A DNA stretch of 64,000 bases from the NCBI RefSeq assembly GCF_963921235.1, contig NC_086107.1, forward strand, positions 46,934,001 to 46,998,000, read 5' to 3'. This stretch comes from Mobula hypostoma. Its lineage: Eukaryota. Below, in pieces: positions 1 through 14,100 of the stretch (position 1 is the stretch's first letter; every line of letters starts with the position of its first letter). The notes beneath the pieces were generated by a model. It was given only the letters and a program-made list of their open reading frames with translations, did no database searches and was not told where the DNA came from. Made by a program: the position numbers and the translations under genes.

Positions 1-2580
1 TGAATTTTGCTTAAGCCTCTTCTCCCTTTGCTGTCTAGCCTCGACCATCAAATTCTCTAAGCTATGTAGGTTTACAAAAGCTTTTGCCAATATTGCTGCT
101 TTTTCTACATTGTTAATTGCCATTTTGTCCTTACTTTTTAGCACAGGATCTCTTTACTACTTCTTATACCATTCACTTTCCTTATCCCTTATCATGCCCC
201 ATATTTCGGACAGTTGAGTTTCTCTTCCAATTTTGGTACAATACTGTCTCCGAAATGCTTGCTTTGCTTGTCTGATTGTTTTCCGAACTTCTGCTTGTGC
301 TCTTTTATATTGTATTAATATTTCTACCGAATGTTGTCTTTTTAACATTTTAAATGCTTTATTTCTTGCTTTTATACTTCTACTACATTCACAATTCCAC
401 CATGGAACATTTTCCCTCTTTCCTGTACCTTTACTTTTCGGAATTGTTTCTTCTGCCGAATTTATAATTGCTGTGACCAATTTGTCATTCATTTCTTCTA
501 TATCTGATATATTTTCATCTAAAATCTTTGTGCATCTTACTTCGCTTCTTTTTTGAAATATCTCCCACTCCCATTCAGTTTCCAGCTTTACACTCTTAAA
601 TCCTACATTTTGTTCTATTTTAACCTGAATCCTTGTGAGTAAGGGATAGTGATCACTTCCTACTGTAGTTGGTTTTAATACATTCCAAGTACTGATTCCT
701 GTTAATTCTCTACTTATAAATGTTAAGTCTATTGCAGTTTCTGTGTTTTGGGATATATTATATCTTGTACCTTCTCCATTATTTATACATGCCAGTTTTT
801 CATCATCGAGAAATTCTTCTATCATTAATCTGTTTTCATCCACATTTTTACATCCCCATAGTGTACTGTGTCCTTTGAAATCCCCACACCTTATTATTTT
901 CCCTTGCATTATACCACCCACTTTGTTTAATGTATCTTTGCTTAGTCTTCTACATGGATTATAATAATTTATTATTACCAAGTTTTCTCTGCCTATCCAT
1001 ATTTTGATTATTATTGATTCGTACTTCTGCCCTGTGTTGACTATATTATATCTGGCTATAAATAATTGCTACTCCTCCACCATTGCCATTGCTTCTATCC
1101 CTCCTAATTGCTGTATATCCTTGTAAAACAAAATCTAATTGTGGCTTCAACCATGTTTCTTGTATACATAGAATCTGAGGTTTTTCCTTAAGTTCTGATA
1201 CATTTTTTAAAATTCTTGACCATTTACCATAAGACTCCTTGCATTCCATTGCAAAATATATATTGCCATTAAGATCCCGCCTCCCCTGCCTGTGATCTGT
1301 TTGATCCTCCATTCAGCATTTTTTCAACTGCTTCCCACCTAAGCCCTGTAATACCAAGATATTTTTCTGCAGACTTGACTATAATTTTAATTTTTTCTGT
1401 TCTTTTGTCTGTTTGCACTGAACAGTTAATTGCATCTACCATAAGCAGTATGAAATCTTTTCTATTCATTGTCAGTGTGTCCTTATTTATCATATTACAG
1501 CCCTCACAGTTCACTGTTATTCCCTGTATTTGTTTGCTTAATAACTTTCTCCTTTTCAGCGAAACCTTTCACTGCCTCAGCGTAACTAATCCCTTGAGTT
1601 ACTTTAACATATTGTATCTCAGCTGCCTTCTTGCTAATAACTGTATTCCTCGCTACAATTGCAACATTTCAGCCTAGCTCCCGCCTCACATCCCGTATTC
1701 ATGTTCTCCAGCGCATCTCCCACATCTTTGTTTCCCTCTGCAGACCGCCGCAATATGCCCAAATTTCTGACATTTAAAACATCTTAAAGGCGGTGGTATA
1801 TATATTCTGACTTCATAACACATATACCCTAAATAAACTTTAGTCGGCAATCTCACTTCATCAAAGTTGATCATTACCGATAAACTATCGTACTTTTTTC
1901 CTTCTCTTGTAACTGTCAAACGTTTGGCCTCAATAATCTTTGCTTCTTTTATGTTCTGTTTAATCTCATCCATAGTAACTTTTGTTGGTATCCCTGAAAT
2001 AACTCCTCTTGTCCACTTTCTATTGTCGAGTATTGAGCATGGTACTTTTTGCCATCTATTTTATTTAGTCTTATCACTTTGCCTTGCTGAGCACTATCTC
2101 GACATATCACTAATAGCGATCCATTTCGTAATACCTTGGTTCTTTTGACTTTGCCTATAAGTTTGTTAATTACCTTCGTCACATGAATCAGGTTCCAGTT
2201 CCCGAAAGATGCCCCGTATTTGCTCAGTTTTATAATTGCTTTAATCTAATCTTCTTTCCATTCTTTTACTATCCTTTTTCGATCATCCTCGACCCCTCAG
2301 AATTTGACTGCTCATACCTCTGTTTTCTTTTCTTACTCTTTACACTCCATTCCTCTTTCCCGCCATCTTCCATCTCTAACTCACTTCCCAAATTGTCACT
2401 TCCTCCTGCCATCCTCCGTCCATTCACAGTCTAGTTGTTTAGCCAACTGCCTTCGTCTTCCGAAAAACCAGCAAAAATCCAAAGCAAAACACTGCAGGCG
2501 GAACTCCAGTCGTCTCTCCAATACTCGACCCCTCCACTACACCCAGCCAGCAGCCCCAGCCTACGCAGTTGCCTCTCACA
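1..2580 (-). mobile_element. 5' half of a degenerate I-clade (Nimb-like) non-LTR retrotransposon: ORF1 gag with zinc knuckles and ORF2 AP endonuclease; continues off the left edge
   Basis: ORF 1686-1973 has PPPLRCFKCQKFGHIAAVCRGKQRCGRCAGEH (CCHC knuckles). ORF 1046-1312 has ILCIQETWLK...RRDR...GGGVAI (APE N-terminus). ORF 157-981 has IDLTF...GSDHYP (APE C-terminus). Several frameshifts; 5' boundary approximate. Confidence 0.8.
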
Positions 2581-4283
2581 GTTCATTTTATCTTCCCAGC
2601 AGGTGATCTATGATGCACTGAGCGATCAGCACTGCCAGGTTGTGCTTTGTAGCTTTCTTTACTTTGAGAAATTATTCATAAAAATATAGACAGGAAATAT
2701 GCCATAATCAGTACATTTTTTTTCTATACATGCATTGTGAGTTCAACCCAATATATTATTTTCTTTTAAGAAAGTAGCAATGTCACTCATGTTTCTTCTT
2801 AAAACAGCCCACCACTTGAAGTGTTTGAAGGGCTGTTACACAGACTTTTAGTGGTCTATGAAGAGGGGCAGTTTGTGTCTGTATTCCTTAGAGTTTTGAA
2901 AAAAGAAATGTGGCTCTTAGATTTATGAATAAAATCCTGGGGGGGCGTGCTTGACGGGGTGGATGTTAAGACATTTCCACTTGTGGAAGTGCATGGACAA
3001 GTGGGTAGAGGTACAAGATAAGGGGTTGGTTATTTACATTGATTTGTTGGTAAATTGGTTTATTATTATTGCGTGTACCGAATTACACTGAAAAACTTTG
3101 TTTTGCATCCCATCCAACACGTTTCATCACATCAAATCAGCACATCAAGAAAGTACAAGGGGAAAGCAGTATCAGACTGGAGAATATAGTGTTGCAGTTA
3201 CAAAGAAAGTGCAGTGTAGACAATATGGTGCAAGGCCATGGTGAGGTCAGTTGTGAGATCAAACCTCCATCTCATTGTACTAGTCTGATAGAAGCTGTCC
3301 TTGAACCTTGTGGTACATACTTTCAGGCTTTTGTAGCTTCTGTCAGATAGGAGGGGCAAGAAGAGAGAATGTTCAGAATGAGTGGGGTATTTGGTTATAT
3401 TGGCTGCTTTACCAAGGTAGCAAAAAGTGCAGATAGTCTGTTGAGGGGAGGTTGGTATGCAGATTAAGGTGTGTAGATATTTCTGAGTGAAATGAATCTC
3501 TGAAACTCAGAAGGTGGTAGAGGCCAGATCATATATAGTGGAGATATGTAAATATCTGAAACATTTGAGTATATGAGGGCTATGGAAAGCTTGCAAGGGA
3601 GTGGAGTTGAGGCCAGCATAGATTTGCCCAGATCATATTAAAAGGGGAACTTTTGAGGGGACTGGTGGCCAACTCCAACTCCTGTTTTTTGTGTTCTTGA
3701 CAGGACTTTAGACTGTGGTATTTCATTGTAATGCCTTTGTAGTGGCTGTACTGAGATGCAGTGCTCACAAATTGTGTTTCCCTCTTCTCATCTACTTTAT
3801 TGACACCCTTAATGTGGAAAATAACCTGAAATGATCATTGTCATGTTACTTCCATTTTCTTTAGTTTATGATTTGCAATGACTCTTTGGAATCTCACCTG
3901 AGTTCAGAGTTGGATCAGAAACTGTGATGACCTAATTAATAGTGAAGTTAAAAAGAGATAGGATAGGGGGAAATAACATCTTGCAATTATACGCGGTAAA
4001 ATATTTTAAGGCACAGCTCAGAAAAGTGTTAGCAAACAAATTGTGCTTTGAGAAGCGCCTCAGTCTTTTTATTGTGCAACAGCCACAAGCCATTTTAAAA
4101 GGTGTCTTCAGGTAAGAAAGGAGATGTTTGTGTTTGGACTTCCAAAGCTTGGATCATAGGAAGCTTAAGGTACAATTGTCAGCAGTGGAGGAATTATAAT
4201 TGAGAAGTGCAAGATTCTAGAAAGTGAGGAATGCAGGAATCTTAGCTGGTTGTACGAATCAGAATTAGAACCAGGTTTATTAT

Positions 4284-4555
4284 TGGCCAGCTGGTGGCGC
4301 AATGACATCAGCGCCGGACCCTGGAATGGAGGTTCCCGGGTTCAAATCCTGTCGGGGCCGCTCCCGAGTATGCTTTCCATCCGTGCTGGGTTGTGTGTTG
4401 AGATCGCAACTCAACCTTGTAAAATAAAGGGAAAATACTGCGAAATGTCTGTGTGAGGAGTGGCGAGCCACACAGTCTCTCTCTCTCTGTGCCTTGTAAA
4501 GGCATGAAAGAAACATAATCATGCACCGACACGCACACGCACGCGCCAAAAGAAA
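4284..4555 (+). mobile_element. tRNA-derived SINE with target-site duplication
   Basis: A-box-like TGGCGCAATGA and B-box GGTTCAAATCC; CA/CG-rich and A-rich tail. Flanked by agaaccaggtttattat (4267-4283) and agaacccggtttattat (4556-4572). Confidence 0.7.
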
Positions 4556-4779
4556 AGAACCCGGTTTATTATCACTGGCATGTGACAATGGGAAGGAACT
4601 CAGAGTTAAGTTGGGGACTGAGGCATGATGTGAAAACAAGTATTTCATAACAAAAATATTAACTTAAATATTGGAATAGTTGGATAAATGGTCTATAATG
4701 TTTTCTATAATAGCTAAGATAAATGTATGCACAATTTTGTCCAATTCACTCAGTTATATATTTTGTCTTAAATTTATAG

Positions 4780-5133
4780 AAGGAAATTTGAAGCTGAAAA
4801 CGAATAAAGGTCCAGTGGAAGTAATCCTTCACAAAAATAGCCTTCTGCAGTGTGAAATTGCCAACCTGGCTGGGATCTCATTGAACCCAAAGAATTTAGG
4901 CATCTTATGGGTTTTCAGTCAGGGTACTGAAAGAGTAAATATCCTTATGTATTCTAATGGCAACATAACATCTCAATGGGAAGAAGCTGAGCTGTCTGCA
5001 AACGCCATTCAAAATGGAAGCATGTCACTTTTACTGAGAAATGTTACATTGAAACATAGTGGAGAGTACAAGTGTGAGGTTGTTATTCCACCAGATTATA
5101 AAGAATTCGTGATGATGAAGCTTGAAGTTTTAG
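4780..5133 (+). CDS. NCR3LG1: IgV exon (domain 1)
   Basis: tttatag|AAGGAAAT...TTAG|gtaagt; LLQC...ILW...[17 protein letters not shown]; three N-glycosylation sequons (NIT, NGS, NVT). Confidence 0.9.
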
Positions 5134-8100
5134 GTAAGTTGATTTATTTCACATAACTGTAAATTATACAGTGGCATCTTATATGTAAGTTTGTATTTTA
5201 GTGAAAATATTTTTGGAAACAATGTTTTGCCTGAGTATGAAAGCAAAGTTCTACATTTATTGGCGATCCTAATTAAGGACAAAAATTATTGGAAATAATA
5301 TCAGGTAGAAGCTATGAACTGAAAGACAGCCGATGTCTTAGTTTGATTTTGCAGAATAATTTGTGCTTGTGTTTTCTAATCTCATTTTTCATAATGGTCT
5401 GAACGTAAATGTTGTCTCACATGCTGATGATCCTTTACACAACATATTTGTGCAAATGATCGAGTTACTTCAAATGCAAACTTGCAGTAGTTCAAAATCT
5501 TTGCATTCATCATTTCAAATGAATTCAAGTTTAAAATAAAATATGATCAATGTGGTCATGGATTTCAGTCATGGAAAAGCAATGATATAGATGTTGGAAA
5601 TCTGCCACAAAACAGCAAAGTTGAAGCAGTAAAACAGCATTTATGAAGAGAGAAACAACAAATGTTTTGGACTAATGCTCTTTCATCAGAATGTGTTCCA
5701 TTAGCAACAATATGTCAAATAGTGCACTGTTCATTATTGTGTCAGTCAATTCTGCATTAAAAGTGTCAATCATGGAAGGGAGCATTTCCAAAGAGATGTG
5801 CGGAATTCAGAAATTACACAACTCGAGTAAGGATAATGTAACCTATGAGTAAATGTGCAATGTTAGCTGCTTCTTTACATGATACGGAATTAGGTGCTAA
5901 AAAAAATCCTTTTTTTGCTGTGCAATTGGGATAGATTAAAAACCTGCATATTAGCAGTCATGAAATTTTATATTGTCAAAGGTGCATGTATCTAGTGGAG
6001 CTGCAGCTCACAGCTACAGTGACTTGGGTTCAATCCTGCGGAATTGCACGTATTCCCTGTGACACTAAGAGGTCCTTCCAGGTGCTCTTGTTTCCTCCCA
6101 CATCTCAGTCGTATGCTGGTAGGGAGATTAATTGGCTACCGTTAGTGTCCAAATTATTATTGACCCAGCTATAGCTATGATGCTGGTTTTAATCTAAGCT
6201 GTCTTCTGCATTGTTCTTCTATATAACCCATTCATTCTTTTGTCCTTCTCCTATCAAATCATTTCTCAGCTTCAGACTTAAGTCTTTCATAATGATTTTA
6301 GCCTCTCAATTCTACTATTTGTTGATGGTGTCTATGTGTATCCAGGCATATATGTTTGATGTAATCACTGATTTCCAACTTATTTCCTTACAGTTCAATG
6401 CCATTTTTATTGTATACAGTAGCTTTGAAGAACTATTGTAAGATTAATGTACAATTTTTGTGTTACAGCACAACCCACGGTGACTGTTGTTTCCAGAAAG
6501 GTTGTGGAAGTTGGCAATGGTGGCGAGATGTTCTTGGGTTGTCATTTGAATGGATATTATCCTTGTGAAAGCAACGTGGAATGGTTTCAGTCAAGTCCAT
6601 CACAAAGTAAAACAAAACTGTTAACAGATCTATGCATTACCCCACCAGTCAAAAATCCTGATGGAACATGCAAAGTAACCGCTGAAGTTCGGTTTGAACC
6701 TCAGAAAGAAGACATTGGCAGCAGTTTCGGATGTCGTGTGACACATAAGACTTTTGCAGAACCATACACTGTGAATGCTGCAGTGACTTTGAAAGGTTAG
6801 CTGTAGTACACTTGCTTTTTTTTAAAATTAAAATTTGAAGTTTGGAACTTTTAGTTAAGTTCCCATTGAGAGTAACCTTGGTGGATTGCTGCTGTCTGTT
6901 TTAGGCCATCTCTTGGGATCCAAGAAGTCTTGGCTTGGCTCTGATTCTGTAGCTCATTAGGTGACTGATAAGCCAACTTGGGATTTGTTGCCTTATTGGG
7001 ATGGATAGGTACTTTCCACTGTGGGGGAGAGAAGATACGCTTTGCCATCATTTGTACTGGATTTTCATATGATCTTCTGGTTCAAGGTTCTCATTTCCAC
7101 CTAGAATGCTCTTTCTCCACTTTGGGGAATCGTGGGCAGAGATTCCAGAAAATGCCATTGCATTTTTTTCTCGAGACTTTGACAGTAACCTTGAATATTT
7201 TCTGTTGTCCACCCGGTAAATTTGTCTCATGGCATCTTGAAATGGAATGTCTGTTTTATGTGTGAGACCAGAATGAGGTTGGGGCTGGGGTTGTAGTTGT
7301 AGTTGTAAAATTTACTTGGAAAACAAGTCTGATTTTTTTTTAAAGAAAATTTCTTTTCACGTAAAATTTTCAAAGGCTTTTATAGCATTGATTAAACTGA
7401 ATATTAACACAGATTATTTTGGTGGATCTTTATGCTTACATGTATCCATGAACTCTTGCGCAGGTGCAAGTAAATTTAAATACATGTGTATTGTTGATAG
7501 TTATTTTGCCAAAGTGTTGTGCATTTTATGGGAAGTTTCTCACAGTTGCTTCTTTCATCCCATAACTTCACTATCCTTTTTAATCAGGCATTAAGTTTTT
7601 TGACAATTGTGTAACTTCAGAGTTAATTTTACTCGATTTCAAAATACTTTCACTTTCATAAATATTGTGGAAGTTGGCAACGGTGGAAAGATGCTCTTGG
7701 GTTGTCAGTTGAATCATAGGTAGAAAGTAACAAAATTTCTTTCTTTCTCTTTATTTCCTGTGGGTATTTCCTTTTATTAATGGACTTTAAATTATTCCAT
7801 GTTTCAAAATTGTTCCTTAATGACTAGATACTCAACAAAAGATTACAGCTGCTAGGAAAAGACTTTGAAGTGACCATCTTGTAAATTCTTTTGCACTTCT
7901 TTTTAACAGAAGCAGAAATTCGAATATCCAAAAGAGCAATAGTTGGAAGCGTCACTGCAAGCATTATCATCTCTGTATTGCTACTAGGAATAGGAATTTT
8001 TCTTTACATGTGGTACATGTACAAAGGTAATGTCTGTGTATCAGTAATGAATTTGTAGTTACTGACTCAGAGGAAACTTAAATTATTGGGATGGGACACA

Positions 8101-11100
8101 ATAAAAACAATGCTTTTATGCTAGATTTTATAATTTTCTGGTTAACCAGTGCTGCACAGAACTTGCTACAGTTTTGAGATTTTCATTTATTTCATTTGGT
8201 ATTACTAAATGTGAATGTTTAGTCTTTGAATTGAAATTAATTGTGAAATGTTACTGTAAGTTTATTTCATAGTTTGAATAATTTTCATGAACTTCTTGTG
8301 TAGAATCTTTTCTTGAACTCTAATAGTTTGCTTTATAAAGCTGCATAATGTCACTGTTGCTTTTGCATTTTATTGTTGTACAATTAATTTATTTCACTGA
8401 TTCAGCGAGGTTACCAATAACCACTGCTTAGTTCTTTTGGAACTTATGTGAATTGAGTAACACTTACATGGGAAGGAAATTCTAAGGATTAAGTTGTTAA
8501 TTGAGGAAATTGCTATTTGTTAAATTAATTTGTTAACTGCTGCATTGAGGAAAATGATGTTGATTTATTGTTTTTAAATTTACTATTTAGTGCCGAATTT
8601 ATATTTTGCTGGTAGCACAAGGAAGTCTTAGTTTTTTTAGATCTTTGAGCAGTCCTTTTGATCAGTTGGAAAAGCCACCAGTGTGTTTCAAAGTGCTTCC
8701 AATGTAAACTGGACAAAGTACGCTTCAAAAAAACCTTTGTGTAGACTGGCGCAATGTGCTGTCTCTAAACTGTACTGCAGAATGTGAATGTACAGTAGAT
8801 GCGTTATTTTTATTTCACATGTATATTTTAAAACAGCAAACATATTTTGAACTCTTCTCATATTTTGTGTTTTGTTACCTCACTTCTGTGTGGCACATTT
8901 TATGCTTTTTCCACACCTTAGAACTGCAGCAGAACTTTGAACAATGCTAGTAGGCAGCCGTTGATCCCAGGGGATCATGGGTTTGCGCCTCTGGTGGACT
9001 GTGTCCTCTCCAGGGAGCAGGCCTGGGCAGGAAGATTTGAAGAACCGGCTGTTGCCTATGCAGTGGGTTCCCCCTCTCCACGTCACTGATGTAGTTCAAG
9101 GGAAGGGCAAGTGCTGATACAGCTTGGCACCAGTGTCATCGCGGAGGCTGCCAGAGTGAAATTGTAGACAGCATCAAACTGCCTTAGGGCTCCGGATTTC
9201 TTCCTCAGGGTTTACTCCCGAAACCTTTCCCATGGGTGGGTATGGCTGCAAGGCAGTGGAGGTTTAAAATCAGAGTTTTCCTTCTCCTAGTGGGCTGCCG
9301 TCCAAGGCTGATGAACCCTATTGAACATTGCTATTGCCCTATATTTGGTCCCACTTTTACAGGGTGTTTGTTTTTCTACATAATTTAAATTTGCACTAAG
9401 TTTATACATTTATGTTCCTTTTACGTGGCCTTGATTTGGTCGTTATCTGTCAGAAATGCTGATGCCACCTTAGGAATTGTCATTTATGTATTTGGTGTCA
9501 TGGGAATGTAACAGCAGCTTGTAATCATTAAGCATTGTCTTTAAGCTCATCCTAGCAGAATGAGCCATAATAAGGCTGCAGTTCACCTAGCATTGATCTA
9601 ATTTAACTAAGACCATTAGACAGAGGAACAGAATTAAGCCATTCATCCCATTGAGTCTGCTTCACTATTCCATCATGGCTGATATATTATCTTTCTCAAC
9701 CCCATTCCCCTGCCTTCTCCCCATGAACTTTGATGCCCTGACTAGTTGAGAACCTGTCAAATTCTATTTTAAATATAGCCTATAACTTGGCCTCCATGGC
9801 CATCACTGATGAAGAATTCCACAGATTCACCACCTTCTGGCTAAAGAAATTCTTTCTTATCTCTGTTCTAAAGAGATTCCTTGTATTCTGAGGCTGTGTT
9901 CTCTGGCCTTCGACTCCCCCACTACAGGAAACATCCTCTCCATGTGCACTCTGTCTAGGCCTTTCAATATTCAATAGGTTTCAATGAGATCTCCCTCATT
10001 CTTCTAAACTAAGTGGGTATAGGCCCAGAGCCAGCATCTGCTCCTCATATGGGATCCTTTTCATTCGCAGGATCATTCTTATAAACCTCCTCTGGACCCT
10101 TTCCAATACCAGTAACTCCTTAGATAGGGGGCCTAAAATTTCTCACAATACTCCAAATGCAGTCAGACCATTGCTGTATAAAGGCTCAGCATTACATCCT
10201 CCTTTTTATATTCTAGCCCTCTCAAAATGAACGTTAACATTGCATTTGCCTTCTTTACTGTTGACGCAACTTGCAAGTTAACCTTTAAGGAGTGCTGCAT
10301 GTGGACTCCCAAGTCCCTTTATATCTCTGATTTCTGAAATTGCTCACCAGTTAGAAAATAGTCTATGCCTTTATCCTTCTGCCAAAATAGACTTCTCGGC
10401 ACTGTGCTCTGTCTGCCACATCTTTGCCCATTCTCCTAATCTGCCTAAGTCTTTCTGTAAACTCCCTGCTTTCTCAACACTACCTCTCAATGTACCTTCA
10501 TATCATTCACAAACCTGGTTACTAAGCCATCAATCCTATCATCCAGGTCATTGACATATAACATGAAAAGAAGCAGTCCCAATACTGACCCCTGTGGAAC
10601 ACCACTAGTCTCCCACTGGCAGCCAACCAGAGAAGGCGCCCCTTTATTCCTCCTCTTTGTCTCCTGTCAACCAGTCAAAATTCTATCCATGCTGGCATCT
10701 TTTCTGTAATACCATGGGCTCCTATTTTGTTTAACAACCTCATGTAATATTGACTTCTGGATGGCAAACATGAAATATGATTGAAATCAAATAATAGTAT
10801 TTGACAATCAAACTTGAGTCTTCACTAAAGCTTGTTCATCCTAACTGATATTAATTTTCAAGAGAGGTCAAAGATAATTTTGATTAATCCAGGTTTATAT
10901 TTCTTTTTTTTTCTCTCTCAGTTCCACCCAAGTTATCAGATATTCAGTTGCCAGCTCGAATTATACACCAAGAACTTGCAGAGATCACTTGCCATGTGTC
11001 TGGATTCCGACCTAATAAGATTCATGTTTGGTGGTATTTGAAGACACAAAGTGACGCTAGGGAGAAATTAATTGGCGAATTCAAAAGATATCAGATGATA

Positions 11101-14100
11101 GGAAGGTTTTGGGGAAAAAACAGGATACAAGAAATAGAGCTAGGAAATAAAACTCTGGTTAATTGGAAACACCGCACACCAAATTTCCAGGACAATGATG
11201 ATGGAACATACAGCCTTTCTAGCACTGTTGAAGTTTATCCTGATCTAACAATGGATGACAGAGTAGAAGTCATATGTAGAGTGTGGCATCCGACTGGAAC
11301 AGAGGAAAAACATATCTGCTTACGTGTTGATGGAAGTAAGCATTTTTTGAATCAATATAAAGTCATTGCTGTATTGGGAGACTGTGGGCATGTCATATTT
11401 AATTTGTGCAAATGTTAGATCTCCATTACCATTTATGATTAAAATCAATAAGTACCTGTTTGTAGAGCCCGGAATTTACAATCTTGGATTTTCCAATTTA
11501 CTGTGTTGATGTTCTTTACTTTTCTTATGGAGTTCATGTTATTCATTTTTAATTGCATACTCTGCTTTCAAAAGAGTTTGAAAGTTGACATTTTTACTGT
11601 TGAAAGTTGCTATGATGTATTATTAAGTTATGTGAGAATAGATCTTCTGCCTAGCAGATGGATTAGTTTTATGTACGTACATCCAGTATAGTAAAATAAT
11701 TTATTTAAAGGCATTCTTACACAGTTATAGATAATATATGTGCCACCAAGAAATATAATATAAGGAAATAAATTTACTCCACTTTTTAAAATGTACAATA
11801 TACGAAAATGGATCTGGAACCAGGACTATAGGCTCAATGTGCTGGAGGACCTCAGCAGGTCAGGCAGTGTCTATGGATGGGAATAAACAGTTAACGTTTC
11901 AGGCTGAGATGTCGACTGTTTATTCCCATCCATAAATGCTGACTCCACCAGCACATTGTGTGTGTTGCTCTAGATCTCCAGCATCTGCAGTATTTCATGT
12001 GTCTAGGACTATAAGCTCAGAAGGATGAAGGAAGTATTGTAGCAATGCCTTAGATAGGGACTGAGATAGTACCTCTATTGAAGTCCATAAAGCACTTCCA
12101 CTCCAAAAGTTGCTGTCAGGACTAGATCAATTTGAAAAGTTAAACTAAAATTTAAAGAATTTTGTCAGGATTTCTGTATTTTCTCAGTGTTAGGAAACGT
12201 CATAGCATTTTACAGCCAAAGGAAAACTTTTGAAATTTAGTTAGTTACAAAATTGGGAACAGGTTGTGGAACCAAGGTAAATTATTGGAAACTAAGATAA
12301 AGTGAACTTCAAGGACTAGTTGAACATCGGGACTGGTTTGTGGGCTGAACGACCAATCTTTTGCTTGACTGTCCTTGATGAGATGATCATTTTGCTAATT
12401 TGCCCTGAAATGCAGAGCTGCACCACTGAGTCTGAAAATTGCGGCATGTGAAAGAGAAATTAGAGATACTGCATGAAGCATACAGGATGTCAGAGGAGCT
12501 CAGCAAGTCAGGCAGCATCTATAACGAGGAATAAACAGTCAATGTTTCACACTGGGACTCCTCATCAGGACTGTAAAGGAAGGGGGAAAAAGTCAGGTTC
12601 TGATTCTGGTTTCTTTCTCCTTTCTTTCCTGTCCTGATGAAGGGTCTCAGTCCAAAACGTCGACTCTTTATTCCTCTCCATAGATGCTACCTGACCTGCT
12701 GAGTTCCTCCAGTGTTCTGTGTGTGTTTCTCTGGATTTTCAGCATCTTGTGTTTATAAGATAGGAATAAATTAGAATGGGAAAATTGGATGGGGACTAGA
12801 CATGTTGCAAAGAAAGTTAAAGTATTTCAAGCCTGAAGTATATGTGCAGTTTAATTTCTGTATTGTAAATGACTTTTCATTTTATGAATTTGATATAAAT
12901 ATACTATAACATTTTCTGAAAGAGGTTATATACAAGTTAAACTGATTTTACTTTCTTTTTCTCTTTAGTTGCTCCTAAATTGTCCGACATAATTATACCT
13001 CATGTTGTGCAGCATAACAGTTTAGTGATGCTGACATGTCCAATAAATTTTTTCAAGCCCCGTCCTTTAGTAATCAAATGGTATAGAAACATAAAAGGGG
13101 AGAAATCACTCCTGATGGACACCGAAGATGAAGTAACTTCCTCTGTTGGCCGATATTCTCATAATGTGAAAGAGTTTAGTTTTCCTGGCAACACTTACAG
13201 TGTCTACAGCATGTTGACCTTTAAAGCAACAGTACAAGAAGATGATGGTGATGAGTATTTCTGTGAAGTGGATCACGTGAGTTTGAAACATCCAGAAGAA
13301 AAATGTATTAAGCTGGATGTAAAAGGTAACTCGGATTCTAAGTTCTTGATAGTACACTTTTTGTTAAAATGCATAGTCATCTATCCTTTGTTAACATTAC
13401 TACGAGATATTTCAACCAGAGACAATAAATGATATTTCACTGAGGTATTTTTTTACTGACTAATACTTTCAACTTTAATCATTTATTACTTGTATCTCTG
13501 TGGCATCCGTGTAAATCCCAGTTATTATAAATTGTGTTCCTGTGATTCCAGCTTTCTTTGTATGGGATTCTTATTATGTTTTTAAAAAGGGAGAACATCG
13601 TCAGTCCTTTAGAATATATTTAAGAGAGACAAATGGTGAAATAATAAAGTGCTAAGTTGTGATGTCAATCTAACTGAATCTTCCATGATTCTGTATGTGT
13701 GTTTTATTACGCCATATGATTCAAGTTCCACTGATTCAGCCCTTATAAACAAAACACAAGCAAATTTCACATTTTATAGATTTGTGATAGGGAAAATCCT
13801 TAGTTTTGTATTCTACAGCTAGTGTATTCTACATCTGAAATAAGAATACTTGATACTGGTAGTGAACATACAGTAGTTTGTGAGATAGTTCTGTTCTAAC
13901 ATCTCTGTCTCAAGAGCTAGCTGATAGAACAGGTGAAGGTTTTGATTTCAGGAATTTTCTGCTTTAACTTCCTTCCAGTGAACTAGTTTTTTTATTATTA
14001 AGTATGCTCTACTTTCAGTTGTAATTCCTTGGATATTAATGTGCAAAATTGCCCCTGCATTTTCTACATTACAAATTATTGTAATGTAGAAAATGCAGGA

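Noticed and set aside
4284-4360. tRNA gene
   Set aside because: Has A/B boxes but no convincing cloverleaf; the long tail and TSD indicate a SINE.
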